64,000 bases of DNA from positions 2,604,001 through 2,668,000 of the forward strand of contig JBHGNT010000016.1 of assembly GCA_043228905.1 (NCBI GenBank). Direction: 5' to 3'. This stretch comes from Azolla caroliniana (taxonomy: Eukaryota; Plantae; Polypodiophyta). Both the position numbers and the translations under genes were made by a program. The notes under the pieces were generated by a model, which was given only the letters and a program-made list of their open reading frames with translations, was not told the DNA's origin and made no database searches. Numbering within the stretch: position 1 is the first letter of the stretch; every line of letters starts with the position of its first letter. Shown piece by piece: positions 50,580 through 62,081 of the stretch.

Positions 50580-52936
50580 CACACTTTGGACTCCTTTGCC
50601 GGCCGGTAACACATGGCATGCCCGTGGGACAGTACCTTGTACGTCAAATCCACCATCCGACCCTTGCTATTCTTCGTCCAAAATATCCAGAATGCTTTGT
50701 TCGAGAGTCTCCAATGATTCATCTGGAATTGGTTGTTGTTGTTGTTGCTGCTCCGTTGATGGCTGCTGCGACTGGTCCTTTGGTGGCTGCTGCGGCTACT
50801 CCTCCGTTTGTTGCTCTGACACCGGCGTTTCCGTCGTTGTGGTCTCCGGTTGACTAGTTCCGGCCTGGCCCTCGGTCGGCAACGGTTCCTCATCACTAAG
50901 GTTAACCGTTGCCGCTTCCCGTGCTTTTTCATCCCGAACCTGGGATCGCTCGTAGCTTTCAAACTGGATTTGAGCGTCAAGCCTATCATCGTCTAGTTGA
51001 GCTACGAGTTGCCGGACCTGCACTAGCTGTTCATCCGCCAGGACTTGGAAGTCTTCGGCCAACTTGTCCCGTATGGCGGTGAAGTCCTCGGAAGTCAACG
51101 TGTAACAATCATCTCCTTCCTTCCGCCGGTTTGCCACGTCTGCCTGTAGCAATTGGAGTTCCGCCGCATTTTGTGCCCACTTTGTCCACCATCTTATGGA
51201 GCTTTCGTCAATCAAGCGTTTTGTCTGATTCAGCCATGCCCGGAGGATGCACTGAATCTGGCTCGTTCCCATCTGCGATTTGATCTCCGCAGCTTGCCGT
51301 TCCTCCTTCAATTGCTTGATGATTTTGACGTTGTCTTCCGCCTGTTCCTTGTAATGCGTCAATTGCCTTTGATATGTGCTTTGTAATTTTTGCAATACCG
51401 TTGACGCTCTCTCCTTTTCTTCCTGCTGCTGCTTCTGGAGCTCCATCCGGACCTTCTCCGCCTCGTCCAACCGTCTTGTATTTTCTGCTCGTTCGTCGGC
51501 GAGCGCCATCGCGGCCTGATCAACTTCCTGCTGGAGCTCGGCCACCCGTTCCTTATGCTTCGTTTCCAGCCGTTTGTAGTCCCGGTGTAGGTGCTCAAAA
51601 TCATCTGTCTTTTGCTTGAGTCGTGCGTTGATCTGTCGACGGGCCCGGTCCTCGCGGTCCTTCTGCTGGCGGAGCTCTTCCTTGAGCCATTCAATTTCCG
51701 TTTCCGCCGTCTTCCGCAGCTTGTCCTTTTCCTGCAGCACTTTGTCTTTTTCCTCCCTTAGCCGGTCGTACGCTTGATGGCCTTTCCGGAGGCTCTCCTC
51801 TACCCGGCAGAGGTTCTCAACAGTCTTCTTTAATTCTGCTTCGGCCGCTGTCTTCAATTCCCGTTCCCGGCTCCTTAGCGCTTCTTGTGCGGCAAGTTCA
51901 TCTCTCAATTCCGCCAGCTCCTGGGCTTGCGCCGCATCTCTCTCTGGAACGGTTTCCGTTGCCGGGGTCTTATTAGTATGTACAGGTTGGTCTGGTTCTT
52001 TATTCTGTACACTTACCAGAGTCACCAGTGATTGGATCTATGTTGCCGTTAAGGCCATTTTGGCCATTTCTGCCGTGACATGATCCAAGTCTTTTTCAAG
52101 GCACCAGATTCAGGACCGGGCCATCTCTAGTTGTTCGGTTGTGACGAGCAACCGTTCGCTTTGCGCTCTTTCTTCCGCCTCAATATACCCCACTGCTCCG
52201 GCAATCTGTTCGCCTATCTACCAGAGCCATAGACTACCGGTGCATTGTTGTTGCGCTTGCACGGAGGTTTGACAGATGGGCTCGCTTGTAGATGGGTTGT
52301 CCCGCCTGATTGCGCCGAGTTGCAATTCCGTTTCTGCCCGTGGACCACCTTGCTGTCCTGGTTCCCCTTGCGCTTCTTCTTGGTTGGCCGAGGGAGGCTG
52401 CATTGACCTTTCCGGCTTTGGCGGAATGGGACTTGCCGGTGCTGCCGGTGGTGCAGGGGCTTCTGATTTCGGTGCCATGCGCACCGGTTCCAGTTCCTCC
52501 CTTGGCGTGGGAGTCTCAGTATGGGGAGCCGGTGTTCCCTCCGTCTGAGGGTCCGAACGTTTCCCGGCTGCCTCAACGGTCCTTGCCGACGACCGTCGCT
52601 GGAGGTGCTCTGTAGGCTCCTCCTCTATTTCCTCTTCCTGAGTCTCGGCATTGAGTTTTGTTGCCAAGGGGTCCTGTAGCCCTTGCTGGCTAGGGAGTAC
52701 TCACCAAAATACTTGATGAGTTGCCCCGAGGTTGGATTGTCAATCGTGAGTATGCCTCCCTCCGGAAGGCCTGTTAACGCACGGATCGCCTCCGCCGTTA
52801 TGACCTCTGTGTCGATTTCCTTGATCACCTTGTCGGCTTCTTTGTGTGACGGTACCTCCATAATCGTCAAGAAGCCCTCGAGCCCGTGTTGCTTTAGCCA
52901 TTTCTTGGCGGCTTCCGACAGCGTTTGCGGGTCCAT
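50580..52936 (-). pseudogene. Additional Gypsy ORF between pol and the 3' LTR: plant-mobile-domain-like N-terminus, acidic/Pro linker, long coiled coil
   Basis: ORFs 52667-52218 and 52025-50796 share one frame, broken only by TAG/TGA stops. The N-terminal MDPQ..KWLKQHGLEGFL..VITAEAIRALTGLPEGG joins by a frameshift near 52670. A ~250 aa E/K/R/Q-rich heptad region follows. Confidence 0.65.
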
Positions 52937-54058
52937 GTCTGTGTCGAGGTCGGATTGTGGTGGCGAGGTTGGATGGTGATGAGAGTGAGATTGAGAGAGA
53001 GAGAGTTTAGAAAGCGGGGGTTCTCTGTGCGTAGGTTCTTGTCTGATGATCTTCCAGCGCCTTGGTGCTTCTGTGCTCCTGGGTTCGCGAAAGTAGAGGG
53101 TCTCCACGCGCAGTGGTTTTTCTCTGTGCATTCTGGCGCCTTTTTCGAGTGTGTGCACGTCGTGTACTAAAATAGCATTATGTCCTGTGGTGGCGCTTAA
53201 ATGCCCACTACGTACCTTTTGACTCCTCGCTCTCTCGTCCATTCATACCTCGCTTTTGCATGATTACTTCGCTTTTTTTTTTTCTTTTTTTTCTTTTAAA
53301 AATTGTACTGTAAGGTTACTTGTCCGTTGGTCCTATTGGACCCTTACCGGTCTCATTCTCCCCAGTTACCTGTTGGGATTACGGTCCCTCCGGATGGGAT
53401 GGTCGGATGTCCGGGAATCGGGAATGAAGACCCGAATGTGGAGTACCCGGTATCGGAGCCGGATGATGAAGGCCTGGTTCCGGAGCCGGATGATGAAGAC
53501 CCGGTTCCGGATCCGGATGATGAAGACCCCGGCTACGGAGCCGGATGACGAATGTACCCGGAGAGAGATCCGGATGCGGGGACATATTTGTGAATATGTT
53601 TGCCAAGGGCCCTTGAGGCTATATTTGTAAATAGCCCGAAAGTCATATGTGTATAAATATGACTTAGGGCAAACTGTTTTGTGGTTGTTGTTGCTCATTT
53701 TTCCTGTTTTCCACTCAGAGGGAGTGAAGTGAGAGTAGCAGAGAGAGAGAGAGAGAAAGGAAGAGGTCGACGCCTCTGTGTAATACCGCCGCCTGTGGCG
53801 AGGACAGTGAGCTCAAGGTCGTCGCCTTGCAGCTTGCCATTGTACATTCCCTGCGTATAGTGATAGTTGGAGTCTTGCACTCCCGTGGTTTTTCCCGTCT
53901 AGGGTTTTCCACGCTAAACCTTGTGCATTCGAGTCTCTCTCTGTGTTATCGATTTTCTGCTGCATTGATCCGTGTTTCCTCGGTTGTGGCCGAGAGGCGA
54001 AGAGATTGAAAGCGTCAATCCCTAACAATCTGGTATCAGAGCACGTGCAATACAGAAA

Positions 54059-57000
54059 ATGGAAGGCAGCAACAGCGGGCAGCCGGTGATGATGGTGCTG
54101 AATGCGCAGAACTACGCCGACTGGAAGATAAAGATGGAGGATCTGCTCATTGTTCGGGACCTGTATGAACCGATCGACAGGTCGGAAATACCCAAGGGGG
54201 TACTTGAGACGGAATGGAGGCTTCTGAACCGGAAAGCCGTTGCAACCATTCGGCAATACGTCGACGTGAGCGTTCTACAACATGTGGCGAACGACACCAA
54301 CGCATATGAGATGTGGCAGAAGCTGTTGGGCCTCTACGAGAGGAAGAATGCGTTGAACCGGACCTCCCTGATGAGGAAGATAGTGAACCTCAAGTACCGA
54401 GACGGCGAGAGTATGGTGGAACACGTAAGCACGTTCATGGGATTCGTGAACCAGCTTGCGGCGATCAAGTTCCCGTTGGAAGATGCAATGCAAGCCATCA
54501 TCCTGATGTGTACATTGCCGGAAAGCTGGGAGAACTTGGTGGTGACTCTCAGCACCTCCTGCACCGAAGATAACTTGTCCCTACAAACGATAAAGACAAG
54601 CATTTTGAACGAAGAAGCGCGTCGTAGAGATAAAGAACCGGCCTCCGATCCGAAGATGCTGCTTACCGAATCGGATCGGGGAAGACAACGGAACCGGAGT
54701 CCGCAAAGACGGGAGAAGTCGGGGACCCGGTCGTAGTCAAGAGGAAGGCCCACATGCTTCCACTGTGGGAAGCCGGGGCACTTCCGAAAGAATTGTCGGC
54801 ATTACCGAAAAGACAACGGAGCCGACGACACCGATTCGAAGAAGTCTTCGGAACGGAACGGTGCTTACCGGGGAGCCACGGACCGGAATGGTTCGGATCG
54901 GCGAGGGCAGGACCGGAAAGGAACGACGGCACTCGCGGCAAGTGAAGAGGAGATCATGCTCATCACCGAAGAAGGTGAACTAAACATTGCCGGCGATGAG
55001 ACTACCTGGGTGGTCGATTCCGGAGCGTCGTTCCACCTGACCCTGGAAAGAAGATACTTCTCATCCTACACAGCCGGTGAGCATGGCTGTGTTCGGATGG
55101 GAAATGAAGGTACGTGCCGGATTGCCGGCATAGGAGATGTGTGGTTGACAACCTCGACCGGATGCAAAATGTTGCTGAAGGATGTCCGACACGTTCCGGA
55201 GGTTCGATTGAACCTGATTTCGGCCGGGAGGCTAGACGATGAAGGCTACACAGGTAGCATCCGGAACTGCGTAATGAAGTTCAGCAAGGGGAGCCTGATA
55301 GTGGCTCGGGCCCGGAAAGTCAACACACTGTACCTTATGAATGCCTGGTTGTGTCCGGAAGAGTTGAACGTGGCAGCCGACACTGCCGGTGAGCTGTGGC
55401 ACAAGAGACTGTGCCACATGAGTGAGAAGGGGATGAAGAGGCTTGCAGAAGACAACCTTATTCCAGTGAAGCATGTGCACCTGGAGAAGTGCACCGATTG
55501 CCTGGCCGGTAAGCAGAACCGAACCTCCTTCCACTCAAGGCCACCGACGAGACGTAGCGCCATTGGAGTTGGTGCACACTGACGTGTGTCAAGTAGAAAC
55601 GAAGTCACATGGCGGAGCCCAGTACTTCGTGACATTCATTGATGACCACAGCCGGAAGCTGTGGACGGCACCGTTGAAGACAAAGGACCAAGTGTTGTGC
55701 GTCTTCAAAGAACTCCACGCGAGAGTGGAAAGGGAATCCGGCAAGAAGCTGAAAGCAATACGAGCGGATAACGGAGGGGAATACCGAGGGCAGTTCGAGG
55801 AGTATTGTCGCTCGAAGGGAATCCGGCTCGAGTTCACTGTGCCGAAGACGCCGGAACTGAACGGGCTGGCCGAGAGGATGAACCGGACCATAATGGAGAG
55901 GGTCCGGAGTATGCTGGCGCATGCGAAATTACCCAAGGGGTTTTGGGCTGAGGCAATGTCGACGGCGACATACGTGATAAACAGATCACCCTCAGTACCT
56001 TTGGACGGAGACACGCCGCAGAAAGTGTGGACCGGTAGGGAAGTATCCTACCGGCATCTGAGGGTGTTCGGGTGTCTCGCATATGTGCATGTGGCAAAGG
56101 ACCGGAGAGGAAAGCTAGATCCAAAGACCCGGCCATGCATATTCCTCGGTTACGGCGATGACGAGTTCGGCTACCGAGTATGGGACCCGGTCGACAAAAA
56201 GATATTCCGGAGTCGTGATATCATCTTCATGGAGGACAAGACACTCGCCGACTGGGAGTCGGAGAAGAAGATGAAGAGCTCCAAGTCGACCGGTGAGGAT
56301 CAACTCTACGAGGAGCAGTCCCGACCGGAAAGGGACCGGTTAGCACTCGAGGATCCGGCCGAAGACGGTGAAGAAACAGAACCGGCCGAGGAAGATGAAA
56401 CTGATACCGGAACCAGCCCCGATCCCGAAATGGATTCGGATGAAGAGGAAACGGAGGAGCCGGTTACCGAAGCTCCGGAACGGAGATATCTTCTAAGAGA
56501 GAGAAGGGCCCCCCGGAGATTTCCGGAACCAGAGCACGTGCTGCTAACCGACGAAGGGGAGCCGGAGAGCTTTGAAGAAGCAAAGCTTGACACTCATAGC
56601 CGCAGGTGGTTAAGTGCCATGCAGGAGGAGATGGACTCCCTGCATGAGAACCACACATATGAACTTGTGGAGCTGCCGAAAGGAAAGCGGGCACTTCGAA
56701 ACAAGTGGGTGTTCAAGCTGAAACCGGGAGATGCCGGAAACCCCCCGAGATACAAAGCCAGGATCGTGGTGAAGGGGTTCCAGCAGAAGAAGGGCGTCGA
56801 TTTCGACGAGATATTTGCCCCGGTAGTGAAGATGACCTCCATCCGGACGGTGCTGAGCATAGCGGCAAGCATGGACCTCGAGGTAGAACAGATGGACGTG
56901 AAGACGACATTCCTTCACGGTGACCTCGAAGAAGAGATCTACATGCAGCAACCGGAAGGATTCGAGAAGAAAGGGAAGGAGCACCTGGTATGCCGGTTGA

Positions 57001-57215
57001 AGAAGAGCCTCTACGGTCTGAAGCAGGCTCCCCGGCAATGGTACCGAAAGTTTGACTCCTTCATGACCGATGAAGGGTACCACAAAACGCAGTCCGATCA
57101 CTGCGTGTTTGTGAAGAAGTTCGAAGGAGGAGACTTTCTAATACTCCTCCTGTACGTGGACGACATGTTGATCGTCGGACGGGACCAGGTCAAGATCGTC
57201 GGACGGGACCAGGTC
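54059..57215 (+). pseudogene. Copia A gag-pol (disrupted); RNase H remainder at 62082-62516
   Basis: Premature TAG at 54734-54736 (CAG in element B), a 2-bp deletion frameshift near 55560, and truncation in RT after YVDDMLIVGRDQV. Confidence 0.9.
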
Positions 57216-60200
57216 TACATCATTCGGCTCCGTAGCCGGGTACTCTTCATCCGGCTTCATGCCGGGTACTCTTCATCCGGCTTCATGCCGGGTACTCTTC
57301 ATCCTCCGGTTCCGTAACCGCAACCGGGCTTGCCGTCATTCATCTCCGGACATCCCATCCGGAGGGACCGTAAATCCCAACAAACTCCCCCTTCACTTCG
57401 GCATGGGATGTCTCTCCAATCCGATCCTCTTCCGGCATGCTTCCAGCTTGTCGGGTGTGAGCACTTTGGTCAGCATATCTGAGCCGTTTTCGTCCGTGTG
57501 GATCTTCGTCAGCACGAACTCCTGGTCTTCTATCCTTTCCCGGATCCAGTGATATCTTCGCTGGATGTGCTTCGTCCGGGAGTGATAGGCCGCGTTCTTC
57601 GCAAGGTGGATGGCACTCTGACTATCGCAGTAGAGTCGGTACTCCTCCTGCCGGATACCGAGCTCTCTAATGAAGTCCTTCATCCATATTATTTCCTTGC
57701 CGGCTTCAACAGCCGCCATGTACTCCGCCTCCGTGGTTGACAACGCAACCGTCTTCTGCAGCCTCGACTGCCACGAAACAGCTCCCCCTGCATACGTCAT
57801 CACATACCCTGATGTGGACCGGCTGGTATCTGCATCAGCCGACATATCCGAATCAGTGAAGCCGTTGAGTTCGGGCTTACCGGAGCCGAATCGGAGGCAC
57901 ACGTTTGCCGTGCCCTTCAGGTATCGGAGTATCCACTTGACCGCGTTCCAGTGCTCTTTTCCGGGATTGCTCATGTACCGGCTCACCACTCCGACTGCAT
58001 ATCCTATGTCCGGTCTTGTACACACCATTGCGTACATCAAGCTTCCGACGGCAGAGGCATATGGTACCTTCATCATGTCCTCCTTCTCAGCCTTTGTCTT
58101 GGGGCTTTGCTTGCTGGACAACTTGCAGTTTGCCGGGAGGGACGATCCGACCGGTCTTGCTTNNNNNNNNNNNNNNNNNNNNNNNNNNNNNNNNNNNNNN
58201 NNNNNNNNNNNNNNNNNNNNNNNNNNNNNNNNNNNNNNNNNNNNNNNNNNNNNNNNNNNNNNACGAACTTCTTCACAAACACGCAGTGATCGGACTGCGT
58301 TTTGTGGTACCCTTCATCGGTCATGAAGGAGTCAAACTTTCGGTACCATTGCCGGGGAGCCTGCTTCAGACCGTAGAGGCTCTTCTTCAACCGGCATACC
58401 AGGTGCTCCTTTCCTTTCTTCTCGAATCCTTCCGGTTGCTGCATGTAGATCTCTTCTTCGAGGTCACCGTGAAGGAATGCCGTCTTCACGTCCATCTGTT
58501 CTACCTCGAGGTCCATGCTTGCCGCTATGCTCAGCACCGTCCGGATGGAGGTCATCTTCACTACCGGGGCAAATATCTCGTCGAAGTCGACGCCCTTCTT
58601 CTGCTGGAACCCCTTCACCACGATCCTGGCTTTGTATCTCGGGGGGTTTCCGGCATCTCCCGGTTTCAGCTTGAACACCCACTTGTTTCGAAGTGCCCGC
58701 TTTCCTTTCGGCAACTCCACAAGTTCATATGTGTGGTTCTCATGCAGGGAATCCATCTCCTCCTGCATGGCACTTAACCACCTGCGGCTATGTGTGTCAT
58801 GCTTCGCTTCTTCAAAGCTCTCCGGCTCCCCCTCGTCGGTTAGCAGCACGTGCTCTGGTTCCGGAAATCTTCGGGGGGGGCCTTCTCTCTCTTAGAGGAT
58901 ATCTCCGTTCCGGAGCTTTGGTAACCGGTTCTTCCGATTCTTCTTCATCCGAATCCATTTCGGGATCGGGGCCGGTTCCGGTATCATTTTCATCTTCTTC
59001 GGCCGGTTCTGTTTCTTCACCGTCTTCGGCCGGATCCTCGAGTGCTAACCGGTCTCTTGCCGGTCGGGACTGCTCCTTGTAGAGTTGATCCTCACCGGTC
59101 GACTTGGAGCTCTTCATCTTCTTCTCCGACTCCCAGTCGGCGAGTGTCTTGTCCTCCATGAAGATGATATCTCGACTCCTGAATATCTTCTTGTCGACCG
59201 GGTCCCATACTCGGTAGCCGAACTCGTCGTTGCCGTAACCGAGGAATATGCATGGCCGGGTCTTTGGATCTAGCTTTCCTCTCCGGTCCTTTGCCACATG
59301 CACGTATGCGAGACACCCGAACACCTTCAGATGCCGGTAGGACACTTCCTTACCGGTCCACACTCTCTGCGGCGTGTCTCCATCCAAAGGTACTGAGGGT
59401 GATCTGTTTATCACGTATGTCGCCGTCGACATTGCCTCAGCCCAAAACCCCTTGGGTAATTTCGCATGCGCCAGCATACTCCGGACCCTCTCCATTATGG
59501 TCCGGTTCATCCTCTCGGCCAGCCCGTTCAGTTCCGGCGTCTTCGGCACAGTAAACTCGAGCCGGATTCCCATCGAACGGCAATACTCCTCAAATTGCCC
59601 TCGGTATTCTCCTCCGTTATCCGCTCGTATCGCTTTCAGCTTCTTGCCGGATTCCCTTTCCACTCTCGCGTGGAGTTCTCTGAAGACGCACAACACTTGG
59701 TCCTTTGTCTTCAACGGTGCCGACCACAGCTTCCGGCTGTGGTCATCAATGAATGTTACGAAGTACTGGGCTCCGCCATGTGACTTCGTTTCTACCTGAC
59801 ACACATCAGTGTGCACCAGCTCCAATGGTGCGCTACGTCTCGTCGGTGGCCTTGAGTGGAAGGAGGCTCGGTTCTGCTTACCGGCCAGGCAATCGGTGCA
59901 CTTCTCCAGATGCACATGCTTCACTGGAATGAGGTTGTCTTCTGCAAGCCTCTTCATCCCCTTCTCACTCATGTGGCACAGTCTCTTGTGCCACAGCTCA
60001 CCGGCAGTGTCGGCTGCCACGTTCAACTCTTCCGGACATAACCGGGCATTCATCAGGTACAGTGTGTTGTCTTTCCGGGCCCGAGCCACTATCAGGCTCC
60101 CTTTGCTGAACTTCATGACACCGTTCCGGATGCTACCCGTGTAGCCTTCATCGTCTAGCCTCCCGGCCGAAATCAGGTTCAATCGAACCTCCGGAACGTG

Positions 60201-62081
60201 TCGAACATCCTTCAGCAGCATTTTGCATCCGGTTGATGTCATCAGCCACACGTCTCCTATGCCGGCAATCCGGCATGTACCTTCATTTCCCATCCGGACA
60301 CAGCCGTGCTCACCGGCTATGTAGGATGAGAAGTATTTCTTCTCCGGGGTCAGGTGGAACGACGCTCCGGAATCGACCACCCAGGTCATCTCTTCACCGG
60401 CAAGGTTTAGCTCCCTCTCTTCGGTAATGAGCATTATCTCTTCTTCACTTGCCGCGAGTGCCGTCGTTCCTTTCCGGTCCTGCCCTCGCCGATCCGGACC
60501 TCTCCAGTCCGTGGCTCCCCGGTATGCACCGTTTCTCTCCGGTGACTTCTTCGAATCGGTGTCGTCGGCTCCGTTGTCTTTTCGGTAATGCCGACAATTC
60601 TTCCGGAAGTGCCCCGGCTTCCCACAGTGGAAGCATGTGGGTCTTCCTCTTGACTGCGACCGGGTCCCCGACTTCTCCCGTCTTTGCGGACTCCGGTTCC
60701 ATTGTCTTCCCCGTTCCGATTCGGTAAGCAGCGCCTTCGAGTCGGAGGCCGGTTCTTTGTCTCTCCGACGCGCTTCTTCATTCAAAATACTTGTCTTTAC
60801 CGTTTGTAGAGACAAGTTATCTTCGGTGCAGGAGGTGCTGAGAGTCACCACCAAGTTCTCCCAGCTTTCCGGCAATGTACACATCAGAATGATGGCTTGC
60901 ATTGCATCCTCCAACGGGAACTTGATCGCCGCAAGCTGGTTCACGAATCCCATGAACGTGCTTACGTGTTCGACCATGCTCTCGCCGTCCCGGTACTTAA
61001 GATTCACTATCTTCCTCATCAGGGAGGTCCGGTTCAACGCATTCTTCCTCTCGTAGAGGCCCGACAGCTTCCGCCACATCTCGTATGCGTTGGTGTCGTT
61101 CGCCACATGTTGTAGAACGCTCACGTCGACGTATTGCCGAATGGTTGCAACGGCTTTCCGGTTCAGAAGCCTCCATTCCGTCTCAAGTACCCCCTTCGGT
61201 ATTTCCGACCTGTCAATCGGTTCGTACAGGTCCCGAACAATCAGAAGATCCTCCATCTTGATCTTCCAGTCGGCGTAGTTCTGCGCATTCAGCACCATCA
61301 TCCCCGGCTGCCCGCTGCTGCCGCCTTCCATTTTCTGCACTGCCGTCGCTCTGATACCACTTTGTTGAGAATCTACGCTCCGATTCGCCTTCACCGTTCG
61401 GCCACAACCGAGAAATCTCCGAATCAATGTAGCAGAAAATAGGAAACACAGAGAAAGACACGATAACACAGGGATTAACGTGGAAAACCCTATACGGAAA
61501 AACCACGGGAGTCCTCAAACTCCAACTATCACTATGAACAGAGATGTACAATGGTGAAGCTTCAAGGCAACAACCTTGAGCTCACTGTCTTCGCCACAGG
61601 CGGCGGTAATACACAGAGGCAACGACCTCTTCGTCTGTCTCTCTCTCTCTCGGCTGCTCTCTTCACTCTCTCTAAGTGGAAAAACAGAAAAATGAGTAGC
61701 AACATAAAACTGTTTGCCCTAAGTCATATTTATACACATATGACTTTCAGGCTATTTACAAATATAGCCACAAGGGCCCTTGGCAAACATATTCACAAAT
61801 ATGTCCCCGCATCCGGATCTCTCTCCGGGTACATACATCATCCGGCTCCGTAGCCGGGTCTTCATCATCCGGCTCCGTAGCCGGGGTCTACATCATCCGG
61901 CTCCGTAGCCGGGTACTCTTCATCCGGCTTCATGCCGGGTACTCTTCATCCGGCTTCATGCCGGGTACTCTTCATCCGGCTTCATGCCGGGTACTCTTCA
62001 TCCTCCGGTTCCGTAACCGCAACCGGGCTTGCCGTCATTCATCTCCGGACATCCCATCCGGAGGGACCGTAAATCCCAACA
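57212..62081 (-). mobile_element. Ty1/Copia element B, sister subfamily inserted in inverted orientation within A; 5' LTR 62081-61363, truncated 3' LTR 57382-57212
   Basis: PBS at 61359-61348; ATG at 61331 (MEGGSSGQ); PPT at 57396-57383; stop at 57393. Coding sequence is nearly identical to A, but LTR U3 and U5 differ. One frameshift at the G-run near 58875. Confidence 0.9.
58163..58262. other. Assembly gap (100 N) within the RT of Copia B
   Basis: Run of N; the flanks read ...FVKKF and KARPVGSSLPANCKLSSKQSP. Confidence 0.99.

Noticed and set aside
53256-53912. EPDDED-repeat and other short ORFs (also 62471-63193)
   Set aside because: They arise from U3 tandem repeats and GC-rich LTR sequence.
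57207-57211. ACCAG as the left TSD of element B
   Set aside because: It matches the right flank at 62082, but the adjacent sequence is mid-U3 rather than an LTR terminus and part of A's RT is missing; a later deletion explains it better.
58860-58890. Programmed frameshift in Copia B
   Set aside because: It falls in a G homopolymer, element A is in frame there, and plant Copia gag-pol is normally a single ORF; a mutation or sequencing error is more likely.
54100-61300. Numerous antisense and alternate-frame ORFs in the Copia bodies
   Set aside because: Shadow ORFs of GC-rich gag-pol, mirrored in both copies only because of the inverted duplication.
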